Assembly (NCBI GenBank): GCA_963801575.1
Contig: CAWDFT010000011.1
Coordinates: 31,152-63,151, forward strand
Source: an uncultured Actinomycetota bacterium
Lineage (GTDB): Bacteria > Actinomycetota > Actinomycetes > Mycobacteriales > Mycobacteriaceae
Reading direction: 5' to 3'
DNA: 32,000 nucleotides
In this document: one piece after another, positions 19,225 to 27,580 of the stretch
Layout: each line of letters opens with the position of its first letter
Numbering within the stretch: position 1 is the first letter of the stretch
Program-made: the position numbers and the translations under genes
Notes under the pieces: model-generated
What the model was told of the DNA's origin: nothing
What the model saw: the letters and a program-made list of their open reading frames with translations, nothing else
Databases searched by the model: none

Positions 19225-19302
19225 CAATACGACCAGATCGAATTTGGCGGGTTACCAGTAAAGTACTCCGTATTGCACTTCACCCCAAGTGTTTTCATCG
19301 AC
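19225..19302 (+). repeat. Dispersed TA-linked repeat, copy B
   Basis: CAATACGACCAGATCGAATTTGGCGGGTTACCAGTAAAGTACTCCGTATTGCACTTCACCCCAAGTGTTTTCATCGAC. Confidence 0.75.
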
Positions 19303-19318
19303 GGCAACGGCGCAGTGC

Positions 19319-19630
19319 TCAGAGATCGAGGACGATGCGCAGTGCCGCGTCAAGGCGGCGCATCTCGTCGAAGCTGAGGAACCCGACGCTCTTGCCGAGT
19401 CGGCCCGGATCGACCGAAGCGGCCTGCTCGGCAAGCACCCGGGTGTTCACGCCGCCGATTTCAACCTCGGGACGAAAGCTGGCGGCACGAGCCGACGTGG
19501 ACGTTGGCGCAACCAGCCAGGTCGACAGCGGCAGGTGATCTGACTGGACGACTACGGCGTAGCGGGAACCGGACTGCTCGTGACCGCGGCTCCCCCGCGG
19601 GGCATGCAACTGAAAGACCTCACCACGCAC
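19319..19630 (-). CDS. MazF/PemK-like toxin (TA module 2)
   Basis: VRGEVFQLHAPRGSRGHEQSGSRYAVVVQSDHLPLSTWLVAPTSTSA...GFLSFDEMRRLDAALRIVLDL. The GTG start at 19630 overlaps the antitoxin stop. Confidence 0.87.
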   Translation of the reverse strand: MRGEVFQLHAPRGSRGHEQSGSRYAVVVQSDHLPLSTWLVAPTSTSARAASFRPEVEIGGVNTRVLAEQAASVDPGRLGKSVGFLSFDEMRRLDAALRIVLDL

Positions 19631-19853
19631 GCAGGGTCTCCATATCGCGCAGCACCTGCATGGCCTCGGCGCGGTCGGACTCGTCTTCAGCAAGGCTCTC
19701 CGCTTCGGCGCGAATCGCCGCGCTGGCCTTCCGTCGTGCGGCATCGATGAGAGCAGATCGAACGGCTGCGGACACAGCCGTGCCATCTTTGGTCAAGACC
19801 TCCAGCGCCTTCGATGTGTCCTCGTCCGGCCGGAAGGTAATCGTGTCAGCCAT
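19620..19853 (-). CDS. Ribbon-helix-helix MazE-like antitoxin (TA module 2)
   Basis: MADTITFRPDEDTSKALEVLTKDGTAVSAAVRSALIDAARRK..., translationally coupled to the toxin. Confidence 0.8.
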   Translation of the reverse strand: MADTITFRPDEDTSKALEVLTKDGTAVSAAVRSALIDAARRKASAAIRAEAESLAEDESDRAEAMQVLRDMETLRAW

Positions 19854-20069
19854 AGCAACAGTGTACGACGGATTGTAAGACGGTCACTGGATCCGCATGA
19901 GCGACGTTTTTGCGCAGCTACCTGCCGACAACCCGATGTAGCCGTACAGCAAACAGAACACGCGCATCCGGCATCATCTCGGACATCGCTCACAATGACC
20001 CGTTGTGACCATGAAGATCAGGGGCTCCAGTCTCCCCCGGCTCGCTTGAGTTGCAGCTCGATCCGGGAG

Positions 20070-20151
20070 GAATACGGCGGAATCAAATATGGCGGGTTAC
20101 CAGTAGACCCCGACTGCGTTTTGCACTGCGCTCCAACGGTTTACGCATTTC
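20070..20151 (+). repeat. Dispersed TA-linked repeat, copy C
   Basis: GAATACGGCGGAATCAAATATGGCGGGTTACCAGTAGACCCCGACTGCGTTTTGCACTGCGCTCCAACGGTTTACGCATTTC. Confidence 0.78.
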
Positions 20152-20188
20152 AGACGGACGGAGGTCGTCGTCGTAGTCATGCTGCCAG

Positions 20189-20617
20189 TTACAGCGTGCC
20201 CGCATCCCACGGATTCACCGCGTCGACACCAGTGTCGACGAAGTCATCGACGTTGTGGGTCGCGAGTCCAGCGCTCCAGTTACGGCAGATTGCTGCTATC
20301 TGCGCGTCCGCCATACCGATCGGGCGTCCAGCAAGTTCTCGGGAGGCAACGATTTCCGCGTAGTGCGTCGCCGCCGGCGCATCAAACGGCAGAATCTGGT
20401 CCTCAAAATCCTCTGTCAGCAGTCCCTCGACCTTGATGTGTAGTTCCCGCTTGCGGCGCCCCTCCGGCAACCGGGCAACGCCATACTTGAGCTCGGCCGC
20501 CGTAATAGCGGTGACTAGTACATCCGAGACGGAAAACCTGTCAACCCAATTAACGACGCGGGACTCTGGCGCCTTTCGCATCAACTCCGACACAACGTTG
20601 GTGTCGAGGACGATCAC
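20189..20617 (-). CDS. VapC-like PIN-domain toxin (TA module 3)
   Basis: MIVLDTNVVSELMR...TAITAAELKYGVARLPEGRR...GRPIGMADAQIAAICRNWSAGLATHNVDDF. Confidence 0.93.
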   Translation of the reverse strand: MIVLDTNVVSELMRKAPESRVVNWVDRFSVSDVLVTAITAAELKYGVARLPEGRRKRELHIKVEGLLTEDFEDQILPFDAPAATHYAEIVASRELAGRPIGMADAQIAAICRNWSAGLATHNVDDFVDTGVDAVNPWDAGTL

Positions 20618-20862
20618 CCGCCAAACTCCGCAGCTCGTGGGTGCTCAGTTCGGTTCGGCAGTTCAAGGTCCGCGGCCCCGGCGACGTCGGAGAACCGCTG
20701 TCGAATCCGTGTAGCCATCCCCGTACCACTCGACGGGCGCTCCAACACAGTGCGCAAGATCTCTCGCACCTCGGATTCCATGGAGCGACCGTGCTCAGCG
20801 GCGCGCACACGTAGTGCCGCCTTAAGATCGTCGTCAAAATCGCGAATCGTCAGTGTTGCCAT
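20614..20862 (-). CDS. VapB/FitA-like ribbon-helix-helix antitoxin (TA module 3)
   Basis: MATLTIRDFDDDLKAALRVRAAEHGRSMESEVREILRTVL. Overlaps the toxin start by 4 nt. Confidence 0.9.
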   Translation of the reverse strand: MATLTIRDFDDDLKAALRVRAAEHGRSMESEVREILRTVLERPSSGTGMATRIRQRFSDVAGAADLELPNRTEHPRAAEFGG

Positions 20863-20892
20863 TCGCCCTCCCAACCGTGCTGTCATTGCACT

Positions 20893-20906
20893 CAATGCTA
20901 GCATTG
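20893..20906. promoter_or_regulatory. Perfect palindrome CAATGCTAGCATTG, candidate TA3 operator
   Basis: 14-bp perfect palindrome about 30 bp upstream of the antitoxin start. Confidence 0.5.
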
Positions 20907-21506
20907 TACTGGGTGTTTGTCGTGCGATTTCGGTCCAGCAAACTCACGCGTACATTGCGGTCCGGAGTCCCGATAGCGCGCACGCCGACTCGAAGCGCAC
21001 GCACTCGTGTTCGGCGGACGCCCTCGTGCTGCGCTCGCTACCGCGGAACGCTACGGACGTGACGCGGGTGCGGGCGTGCTGCCCGCCAGGCAGTAAAGCG
21101 CCGCGGCGATAATTCCTGCGGGTGCGGCATCCTGCATCGACGGGTTCACCGGCTGGGAAACGAGCCGTGAACATCTTGCGGGTCAAAGGGGTGGTCAACA
21201 GCCCGGCGAAACGCAATGTGATCCAGCCGCGCGACCGTTCCGACCGAGGTGTCCCACGGGCTGGTCGCCAGCGCTTCAGCCACACAGCGGCGGGTCTTGA
21301 GCAGGTCAGAAGCCGCTGCGTGTCCTACGGACTCCCGCATCCGCAACTGCGCGAGCATGGTCAACGCCTCCCCTCACCCTCGGCGTCGCGGAGTTGTTCA
21401 CGCCGGGCACCCCGACCGGCGCGATCGTCGAATGGCTGCGCTCCGCGATGCGCGCCTCGGCGTCGTGAGGCGCCCGTTACCGATTCGGTGCCCCGCACCA
21501 CACGAC

Positions 21507-21583
21507 GAATACGGCGGAATCGAGTATGGCGGGTTACCCGTAAAACACTCCGCTTTCTCTGTCCGCCAACGGTTTTCACTTAC
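21507..21583 (+). repeat. Dispersed TA-linked repeat, copy D
   Basis: GAATACGGCGGAATCGAGTATGGCGGGTTACCCGTAAAACACTCCGCTTTCTCTGTCCGCCAACGGTTTTCACTTAC. Confidence 0.78.
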
Positions 21584-21656
21584 GCGCCTCCTGTGGTCAG
21601 GCTCAACATGACCCATCCGTCTCACGTTCATTCAGTTGGCCCACCTCCCCGCCTAG

Positions 21657-22693
21657 ATGAGTGATTCCAAGGGGTGTTACTGGTGTGGCTGCTGTGAATT
21701 CGGGGTGAGGGTGTCCAGGATCGGCGTTGGATACCCAACTCGAGCCTGGAGGCCCTCGTGGACGCTGATCTGGACACCCTCGCGACCGCACTCTATGTGA
21801 CCGCCGACGACTTGCTGCGCCACCACCCCGAGCGCGCCCCGGTTCGACCCGCGGTGGGGTGGCAACCTCAGATCAGCGACGCCGAGCTGCTCACCGTGGC
21901 AGTGATGCAAGCCCTGCTGGGATTCACCAGCGAGCGCCGTTGGCTGCGCTATGCCCACGCGCACCTGCGCGATCTGTTCCCCAACTTGCCCGCACAGTCT
22001 GGCTACAACAAGCGGCTACGCAAGCTGGCCGACACCATGGCCTGGCTGGTGAGCGCACTGGGTGCACAGACCAGCATCGTCACCGACGACGTGTGGGTCG
22101 TCGACTCCACCCCGGTCGAATGCGGACGTTCACGCGAGACCGCGAAACGCTCGGACCTGGCCGGCTGGGCCGAGTACGGCTACTGCGCCTCGCACAGTCG
22201 TTACTTCTGGGGCCTGCGCCTGCATCTGGTGTGCACCCTGCACGGACTCCCGATCGGCTGGGCACTGACCGGCGCCAAAGCCGACGAACGCGACGTACTC
22301 ATCGAGATCCTCACCGCCACACCCGCTCTTGCGTCGAGAACCCAGCCATGGGCGATGATGATCGGCGACAAGAACTACTACGGCAAGGCGTTCGAAGCCG
22401 GCCTCGACGCCGCCGGCCTCGACCTGCTGCGCCCCACCCGCAAAGGCGAGCAACCCAGACCCGGTGAACGGTTCTTCAAACCACTGCGCCAGATCATCGA
22501 ATCAGTCAACGACACCCTCAAAGGTCAACTCGACCTCGAGCACCACCACGGCCGCACCATCGCCGGGGTCTGCACCCGCATCGCCCAACGCATCCTGGCC
22601 CTGACCGCCGCTATCTGGCACAACGACCAACTCGGACTGACCATCCGCCGCTCACTGACCGCCTACGACCACTAACCCCTTGGAATCACTCAT
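21657..22693 (+). mobile_element. Complete IS982-like insertion sequence, about 1037 bp
   Basis: 19-bp perfect terminal inverted repeat ATGAGTGATTCCAAGGGGT at both ends, flanked by CTAG on each side (21653-21656 and 22694-22697), with a single intact transposase. Confidence 0.9.
21758..22675 (+). CDS. IS982-family-like DDE transposase
   Basis: QISDAELLTVAVMQALLGF, QSGYNKRLRKLADTMAWLV, VVDSTPVECGR, EYGYCASHSRYFWGLRLHLVCTLHGLPIGWALTGAKADERD, GDKNYYGKAF, NDTLKGQLDLEHHHGRTIAGVCTRIAQRILAL. Confidence 0.9.
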   Translation: MDADLDTLATALYVTADDLLRHHPERAPVRPAVGWQPQISDAELLTVAVMQALLGFTSERRWLRYAHAHLRDLFPNLPAQSGYNKRLRKLADTMAWLVSALGAQTSIVTDDVWVVDSTPVECGRSRETAKRSDLAGWAEYGYCASHSRYFWGLRLHLVCTLHGLPIGWALTGAKADERDVLIEILTATPALASRTQPWAMMIGDKNYYGKAFEAGLDAAGLDLLRPTRKGEQPRPGERFFKPLRQIIESVNDTLKGQLDLEHHHGRTIAGVCTRIAQRILALTAAIWHNDQLGLTIRRSLTAYDH

Positions 22694-22723
22694 CTAGAGA
22701 AACCACGAACGGGTAGCTGAGCA

Positions 22724-23059
22724 TCACAGATCGAGCACAAAGCGCAGCGCTTGGTCAATGGTCCGCATCTGGTCTGGGCTAATCATTCGCTGACGAGATG
22801 ACAGTCGTTCGACGGAGACCACTCTCAGTTGGTCGCAGCGAGCGTAGGAGGTGTGGTCGAACCCGCTGCCCTCTGGCGCGAGTTCGACGTGGCTTCGCAG
22901 GCCGTAACTAGCGGTCTTGATCGGGACGACGACTACCAGGCCACCGGGTCCGTTGTTGAGAATGTCGACCGACACTACTACCGCCGGGCGCCGAAAGGCC
23001 GGCTCATGTCCGACCGGCTGGCCGAGATCGACGTAGTAGACCTCCCCTCGCCAGATCAA
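22724..23059 (-). CDS. MazF/PemK-like toxin (TA module 4)
   Basis: IWRGEVYYVDLGQPVGHEPAFRRPAVVVSVDILNN...VVVVPIKT...CDQLRVVSVERL...IDQALRFVLDL. TTG 23059 coupled to the antitoxin stop is the likely start; the ORF extends to 23104. Confidence 0.88.
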   Translation of the reverse strand: MIWRGEVYYVDLGQPVGHEPAFRRPAVVVSVDILNNGPGGLVVVVPIKTASYGLRSHVELAPEGSGFDHTSYARCDQLRVVSVERLSSRQRMISPDQMRTIDQALRFVLDL

Positions 23060-23289
23060 GCCAGTGTGTCCCACTCGTGACGCTCGGCCAGGTGCTGCTC
23101 CCACAGTTCGGGATTGTTACGCAGGCGCTGATAATCCCCGTTGAGTCCCCGCAGGAATTCCTGGCGTTCCAGGGCGTCGATGGCTGCGTGCACGATGTCG
23201 ACGACGGCGGTTTGACGAGCCTTGGCCAGAGATTGGAGTCGCTCAGAATCTCGACGGCGGACGCGGACAGTTGTAGTTTCTGCTGCCAT
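23056..23289 (-). CDS. MazE-like antitoxin (TA module 4)
   Basis: MAAETTTVRVRRRDSERLQSLAKARQTAVVDIVHAAIDALERQEFLRGLNGDYQRLRNNPELWEQ...HEWDTLA. Confidence 0.85.
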   Translation of the reverse strand: MAAETTTVRVRRRDSERLQSLAKARQTAVVDIVHAAIDALERQEFLRGLNGDYQRLRNNPELWEQHLAERHEWDTLA

Positions 23290-23462
23290 GGACCCAGTGT
23301 AGACGAAATGTAGACAATAGCGACTGTGGATTCTCTCTCGTGTTCAGCAAATCAACACCGGCGCGAGCTGTTGGGCACCTTCGGCCCCTTGCTCAAGTGC
23401 GTCGGACGGGATGGCGCCATCTTCTAGATGGGACGTCGAGATCCGCCGGGCTGCTCGAGCGA

Positions 23463-23543
23463 CAATACGGCCAAATCGAGTACGGCGGGCTTGCCAGTAA
23501 CCTCCCGCATATTGCGTTGCCTCGCAAGGTTTTTCAGAAATAC
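23463..23543 (+). repeat. Dispersed TA-linked repeat, copy E
   Basis: CAATACGGCCAAATCGAGTACGGCGGGCTTGCCAGTAACCTCCCGCATATTGCGTTGCCTCGCAAGGTTTTTCAGAAATAC. Confidence 0.7.
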
Positions 23544-23685
23544 CTCCTCTGCTTCGCCCTTATTGGTGGTGCGGGCGGGTAACGGCCCCTGTAGATCCAG
23601 TCGTGGAATGCTGCCAAATGCCCGGGCGCAATCACCATCGAATGCGCCGAGGCGCCACCCGGCTGCCACCAGCCTGCCCGATTGC

Positions 23686-24084
23686 CTAAACCCGCAGAAC
23701 GGTCAAACCGGCGACGCCGTCGAGGGGATCGAAATCATCGTCCTGTGTGACCACTGGCAGTCCGCGGGCAGCTGCAATTGCCGCAATCCAAAGATCGTTG
23801 ATACGCACTCGCTGACCCGTCTCCGCCAAATGGATGCGAAGTCGCGCCCACATGCGCGCTGCATCGTCGTCGACCGGAAGTGCAACTATGTCGGCAATCG
23901 CGTCGAGCGTTGCCAGTCGTTGCGCGCGCACGTCTGCCGATGCAGCTGCAAGGACGCCGAGGTTCAGTTCGGCCACGGTGACCACGGTCGTCGCGACCTC
24001 GTCCGGCACTCGGGATGCGTCAAGTCGGCGACCACTCTCGTGTGCGATGAACACAGACGTATCGAGCACGCCGATGGAGGTCAC
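23686..24084 (-). CDS. VapC-like PIN-domain toxin (TA module 5)
   Basis: MTSIGVLDTSVFIAHESGR...VVTVAELNLGVLAA...RINDLWIAAIAAARGLPVVTQDDDFDPL. Confidence 0.93.
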   Translation of the reverse strand: MTSIGVLDTSVFIAHESGRRLDASRVPDEVATTVVTVAELNLGVLAAASADVRAQRLATLDAIADIVALPVDDDAARMWARLRIHLAETGQRVRINDLWIAAIAAARGLPVVTQDDDFDPLDGVAGLTVLRV

Positions 24085-24341
24085 GAAAGCGGCCCGAGGT
24101 CATCGGTGGTGTCGCCTGCCAGTTCGGCGAGTTCCGCACGCAACGCAGGATCCGCCTGCGCACGCTCAAGCCTTCGTAGCAATTCCTCCCGACTCAGTAA
24201 TCTGCGCCGGGTTGGCTGCAGGGCCGTCAGGCGTGCGACCGCCTTACCGCTGACGGTGACGGTGATTTCTTCGCCCGCCTGGACGCGCCGTAACAGCCCT
24301 GCGGTGTCGTTGCGCAGCTCTCGGGAGGCGACTTCAGACAT
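24081..24341 (-). CDS. Phd/YefM-type VapB antitoxin (TA module 5)
   Basis: MSEVASRELRNDTAGLLRRVQAGEEITVTVSGKAVARLTAL. Overlaps the toxin start by 4 nt. Confidence 0.92.
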   Translation of the reverse strand: MSEVASRELRNDTAGLLRRVQAGEEITVTVSGKAVARLTALQPTRRRLLSREELLRRLERAQADPALRAELAELAGDTTDDLGPLS

Positions 24342-24366
24342 GCTACGAATGTAGCACAACTGTAGC
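24341..24366. promoter_or_regulatory. Candidate TA5 operator: TGCTAC-N4-GTAGCA plus a third GTAGC half-site
   Basis: Inverted repeat at and immediately upstream of the antitoxin start. Confidence 0.45.
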
Positions 24367-24474
24367 CATATCGTCTTTGGAGTTGAATCGAAGGAGTCGA
24401 CGTGGACCAGTTCTGGAGCCCGTCATCGCGCGGGGTCCGGCTAGTACCCGGTGTCCGCTTGCAACAATGGTCAC

Positions 24475-25080
24475 ATGGTCGAGCAGAGTATCTGGATGCA
24501 GAAGGTCGCGGCCGATCCCGGACATTCGCACTGGTACATCGAACGCTTTCGTTCCATGGCGAGCGCCGGTGAGGACCTGGCCGGCGAGGCTCGCCTCGTG
24601 GACGCGATGGCGCCTCGCGGCGCCCGCATCCTCGACGCTGGCTGCGGCCCCGGTCGGTTGGGCGGGTTTCTGGCCGCGGCCGGCCACCAGGTGGTCGGTG
24701 TCGATGTCGACCCGGTACTCATCGAGGCAGCCGAGCGGGACCATCCTGGTCCGCGCTGGCTCGTCGGTGACCTCGCCGAGCTCGACTTGCCCGCGCGTGG
24801 CATCACCGAGCCGTTCGACGTAATCGTGTCGGCCGGCAACGTCATGACATTTCTCGCCCCGAGTACCCGTGTCCAGGTGCTGGCCCGACTACATGCCCAC
24901 CTTGTGGGTGACGGTCGGGCGGTGATCGGGTTCGCCGCCGGTCGCGAGTACGAGTTCGGCCAGTTTCTCGACGACGCAGCAGAGGCTGGGTTCACACCTG
25001 ATCTGCTGCTATCCACCTGGGATCTGCGACCGTTCAGCGATAACTCCGACTTCCTCGTCGCGCTCTTTCGGCCGTCGTAG
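24475..25080 (+). CDS. SAM-dependent methyltransferase
   Basis: ILDAGCGPGRLGGFLAAAGHQVVGVDVDPVLIEAA and PFDVIVSAGNVMTFL. Confidence 0.9.
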   Translation: MVEQSIWMQKVAADPGHSHWYIERFRSMASAGEDLAGEARLVDAMAPRGARILDAGCGPGRLGGFLAAAGHQVVGVDVDPVLIEAAERDHPGPRWLVGDLAELDLPARGITEPFDVIVSAGNVMTFLAPSTRVQVLARLHAHLVGDGRAVIGFAAGREYEFGQFLDDAAEAGFTPDLLLSTWDLRPFSDNSDFLVALFRPS

Positions 25081-25098
25081 CTCACGCGGGATGTTGGT

Positions 25099-25135
25099 CC
25101 TACTGCCCTGCGCACCAACGGTTTTGTGCGTATCG
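25099..25135 (+). repeat. Possible partial copy (F) of the TA-linked repeat
   Basis: CTACTGCCCTGCGCACCAACGGTTTTGTGCG aligns to the distal half of copy C (TTGCACTGCGCTCCAACGGTTTACGC). Confidence 0.4.
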
Positions 25136-25406
25136 CTACATAGCGTGCTCGGTGAACCATGCAGCGACCGCCTCGACGCCGTGGCGCTGCGTATCGCCGC
25201 CGCCGAGCTTCCCGAACACTCCGGTGCCACGCATCATGGTGAGCTTCAGCTTCTCGCCGTCCGTGGTGCGGCCCGTCAGGGCAGCGATGCATCGGCGGAT
25301 GCGCCTATATCCGCCCAGCCGGCAACGGCGGGATCTACGCGGCCTGGCTGATGTTTTTGGCGGCGCGATAGCGCATCCTCGACTTTACGAAGGACAAGGA
25401 GTCGCC

Positions 25407-26801
25407 ATGGTCCCCACAACTCCGCGCGCTGACATTGCCGGGCTGCCGCCCGCGCCGAGGAATCCGCTGACGTTGCGGCAGCAGATCCACGCTGTCAAGG
25501 CATTTCACACCGGCCAGGAGGTGTTGCGCGACGCCGGCGGGCATGTGACCCGCTTGAAGCACGGCCCGACATGGTTTATGCCCGAGGCGGTGGTCGCGAC
25601 GTCACCACAGGCGGCCCGTGACATTCTCGGCGGGACCGGCAGCGCCGCCGAGCGGACGCCCGCCCACGACGAGGTGCGCTCCCTGCTCGGGGCGAGCCTT
25701 TTCACGTTCAAGCATGACGCTTGGCTGCCCCGTCGGCGCGCGCTGCAGCCGGTCTTCACCAAACACAACGTGCGCGCCTTCGGCGGGCACATGGCTCAGG
25801 CCGCCGACATCGTCGCCGCCAGCTGGGGCGACGCAGCGGTGGTCGACCTCGACACAGAATGCCGCCGGCTCACCCTGCGGGCACTCGGCCGCTCGGTACT
25901 CGGGATCGATCTCGGCGAGCGCGCCGACGCGATCGCCGAACCCTTGAGGACAGCCCTTGGCTATGTCACAGCGCGGGTGACCAGTCCCGTCAGACCACCC
26001 CGCTGGCTGCCCACCCCTGCGCGGCGGCGGGCCCGCGCCGCGGCCGCTACCTTGCGCCGGCTAGCCGCAGAGGTCCTGCAGGCCTGCCGCGACGACCCTA
26101 CCCGCGACGCCCCTCTGGTGCGGGCAATGATCGCGGCGACCGACCCGGCGACCGGCAGCCCACTGACCGACGACGAGATACGCAACGAACTCGTTGTGTT
26201 CATGTCGGCCGGCCACGACACCACCGCCACGACCCTGACCTACGCGCTGTGGGCGCTCGGCCACCACCCCGACATGCAGGGCAAGGTCCGCGCCGAAACC
26301 GACGCCATCGGTGACCGGGAGCTCACCCCTGACGACGTTCCCCGACTGCGTTACACAGTCCAGGTGCTGCACGAGGCGCTGCGCCTATGCCCGCCGGCCC
26401 CCTCGATTCCCCGATTGATCACCCGCGACATCGAGGTCGACGGTTATCTCGTGAAGGCAGCCACGTTGTGCACGGTGGGGGTTTACGCGATGCACCGCGA
26501 CCCCGACCTGTGGGAAGACCCCCTGCGGTTCGACCCGGAACGGTTCACCCCGGAAAACGCCACGGGCCGCGACCGCTGGCAATACATCCCCTTCAGCGCA
26601 GGCCCCCGCACCTGCATCGGCGACCACTTCGCCATGCTCGAGGCCACCCTCGCACTGGCCACCATCATCCGGCGCACCGAAATCCACTCCCTCAACGACG
26701 ATTTCCCGCTCGCTCTGCCCTTCACGATGGTCGCCGCAGCACCCATCCGCGCGCAGGTGAACGCGCGCACCCCGCGCTTGACGGAAAGATCCGCCCGCTG
26801 A
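25407..26801 (+). CDS. Cytochrome P450
   Basis: I-helix VFMSAGHDTTATTLTYALWAL, EALRLCPPAPSIPR, heme-binding FSAGPRTCIGDHFAMLEATLAL. Start at ATG 25407 with an upstream AAGGAG; the ORF opens at 25152. Confidence 0.95.
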   Translation: MVPTTPRADIAGLPPAPRNPLTLRQQIHAVKAFHTGQEVLRDAGGHVTRLKHGPTWFMPEAVVATSPQAARDILGGTGSAAERTPAHDEVRSLLGASLFTFKHDAWLPRRRALQPVFTKHNVRAFGGHMAQAADIVAASWGDAAVVDLDTECRRLTLRALGRSVLGIDLGERADAIAEPLRTALGYVTARVTSPVRPPRWLPTPARRRARAAAATLRRLAAEVLQACRDDPTRDAPLVRAMIAATDPATGSPLTDDEIRNELVVFMSAGHDTTATTLTYALWALGHHPDMQGKVRAETDAIGDRELTPDDVPRLRYTVQVLHEALRLCPPAPSIPRLITRDIEVDGYLVKAATLCTVGVYAMHRDPDLWEDPLRFDPERFTPENATGRDRWQYIPFSAGPRTCIGDHFAMLEATLALATIIRRTEIHSLNDDFPLALPFTMVAAAPIRAQVNARTPRLTERSAR

Positions 26802-26968
26802 AGGCAGCCCCGACGAACGGCTATCGGGTCGACGCATTGTGGCCCTGGAAGATTCAGAGCCCAAACGGCGCATCACCGATTAGCGGTGGATGCAGTTCGC
26901 GGCGTATCGGGCCGGAGCTTGGTAATTCAAGGCCGAATGGGGCCGGGGTCAGGGCAGCGGCGCTTCGG

Positions 26969-27403
26969 CTACGGCGCTTTGCGGAGATCGGCCAGCGAGT
27001 TTCTCAGCCCACCGTCAATGCGGATCTGTATCGCGGCCACCGCGATCATCACCGCCGCGGTTACCAGGTGCACTATCGCGTCGGTGGTGTTATTGGGAAA
27101 TGTGAAAACATAGGCGACCTGATGTGAAAAGAAGGCCCAGATTCCCGGCAGCGCTCCGGCGACCGCGGCGACGATGAGGTACAGCACCGACCACGACTTC
27201 CGCATCGCGAACACCAGGCCGGGCGCGAATAACGCGAGTCCGGCGACGGCGTGCCATCCGTTGTAGTCCATCCCCAGCACCTGGGCGGTCGGCGCGTCAG
27301 GGCCGGTCGCGAAGCTTGGTTCGACGATGAAGCCGATCACCGCCTGGATAACGTGAAACGCAGAGATGACCAGCAGACCGATCTGGGCGAAACTCCACTT
27401 CAC
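26969..27403 (-). CDS. DUF4383-like multi-pass membrane protein
   Basis: GTG start at 27403 preceded by GGAGG. KWSFAQIGLLVISAFHVIQAVIGF..., NTTDAIVHLVTAAVMIAVA. Confidence 0.7.
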   Translation of the reverse strand: MKWSFAQIGLLVISAFHVIQAVIGFIVEPSFATGPDAPTAQVLGMDYNGWHAVAGLALFAPGLVFAMRKSWSVLYLIVAAVAGALPGIWAFFSHQVAYVFTFPNNTTDAIVHLVTAAVMIAVAAIQIRIDGGLRNSLADLRKAP

Positions 27404-27442
27404 GGCGTGCCTCCGTCCGTCGTTCGGTAGGTGTCGTCCATA

Positions 27443-27459
27443 TACTACGCTAAGTAGTA
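27443..27459. promoter_or_regulatory. Inverted repeat TACTAC-N5-GTAGTA, candidate operator
   Basis: TACTACGCTAAGTAGTA, about 40 bp upstream of the DUF4383-like gene start. Confidence 0.4.
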
Positions 27460-27580
27460 GATGGTCACCGAGGCCTTCCTGCAAAGCTCGTCGGGCGCCT
27501 GGACCCAACTTTCAAGCAAGCTAGCACCTCCCCCGTCCAGCCAAACTCCACCGCGCCCGGAACGCCACTAGCCTGATCTG

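Noticed and set aside
18416-24366. Calling the TA array an integron
   Set aside because: No integrase is seen in the window, and the repeats do not show clear attC-type paired R/L core sites or a long imperfect palindrome. Only the cassette-like layout is supported.
18416-25135. CRISPR array interpretation of the repeats
   Set aside because: Copies are 0.6-2 kb apart, 75-80 bp long, diverged, and separated by genes. There are no spacers or cas genes.
25152-25406. N-terminal extension of the P450 ORF
   Set aside because: The upstream translation is Arg/Pro-rich and unlike a P450. ATG 25407 has a nearby AAGGAG and starts a normal P450 N-terminus.
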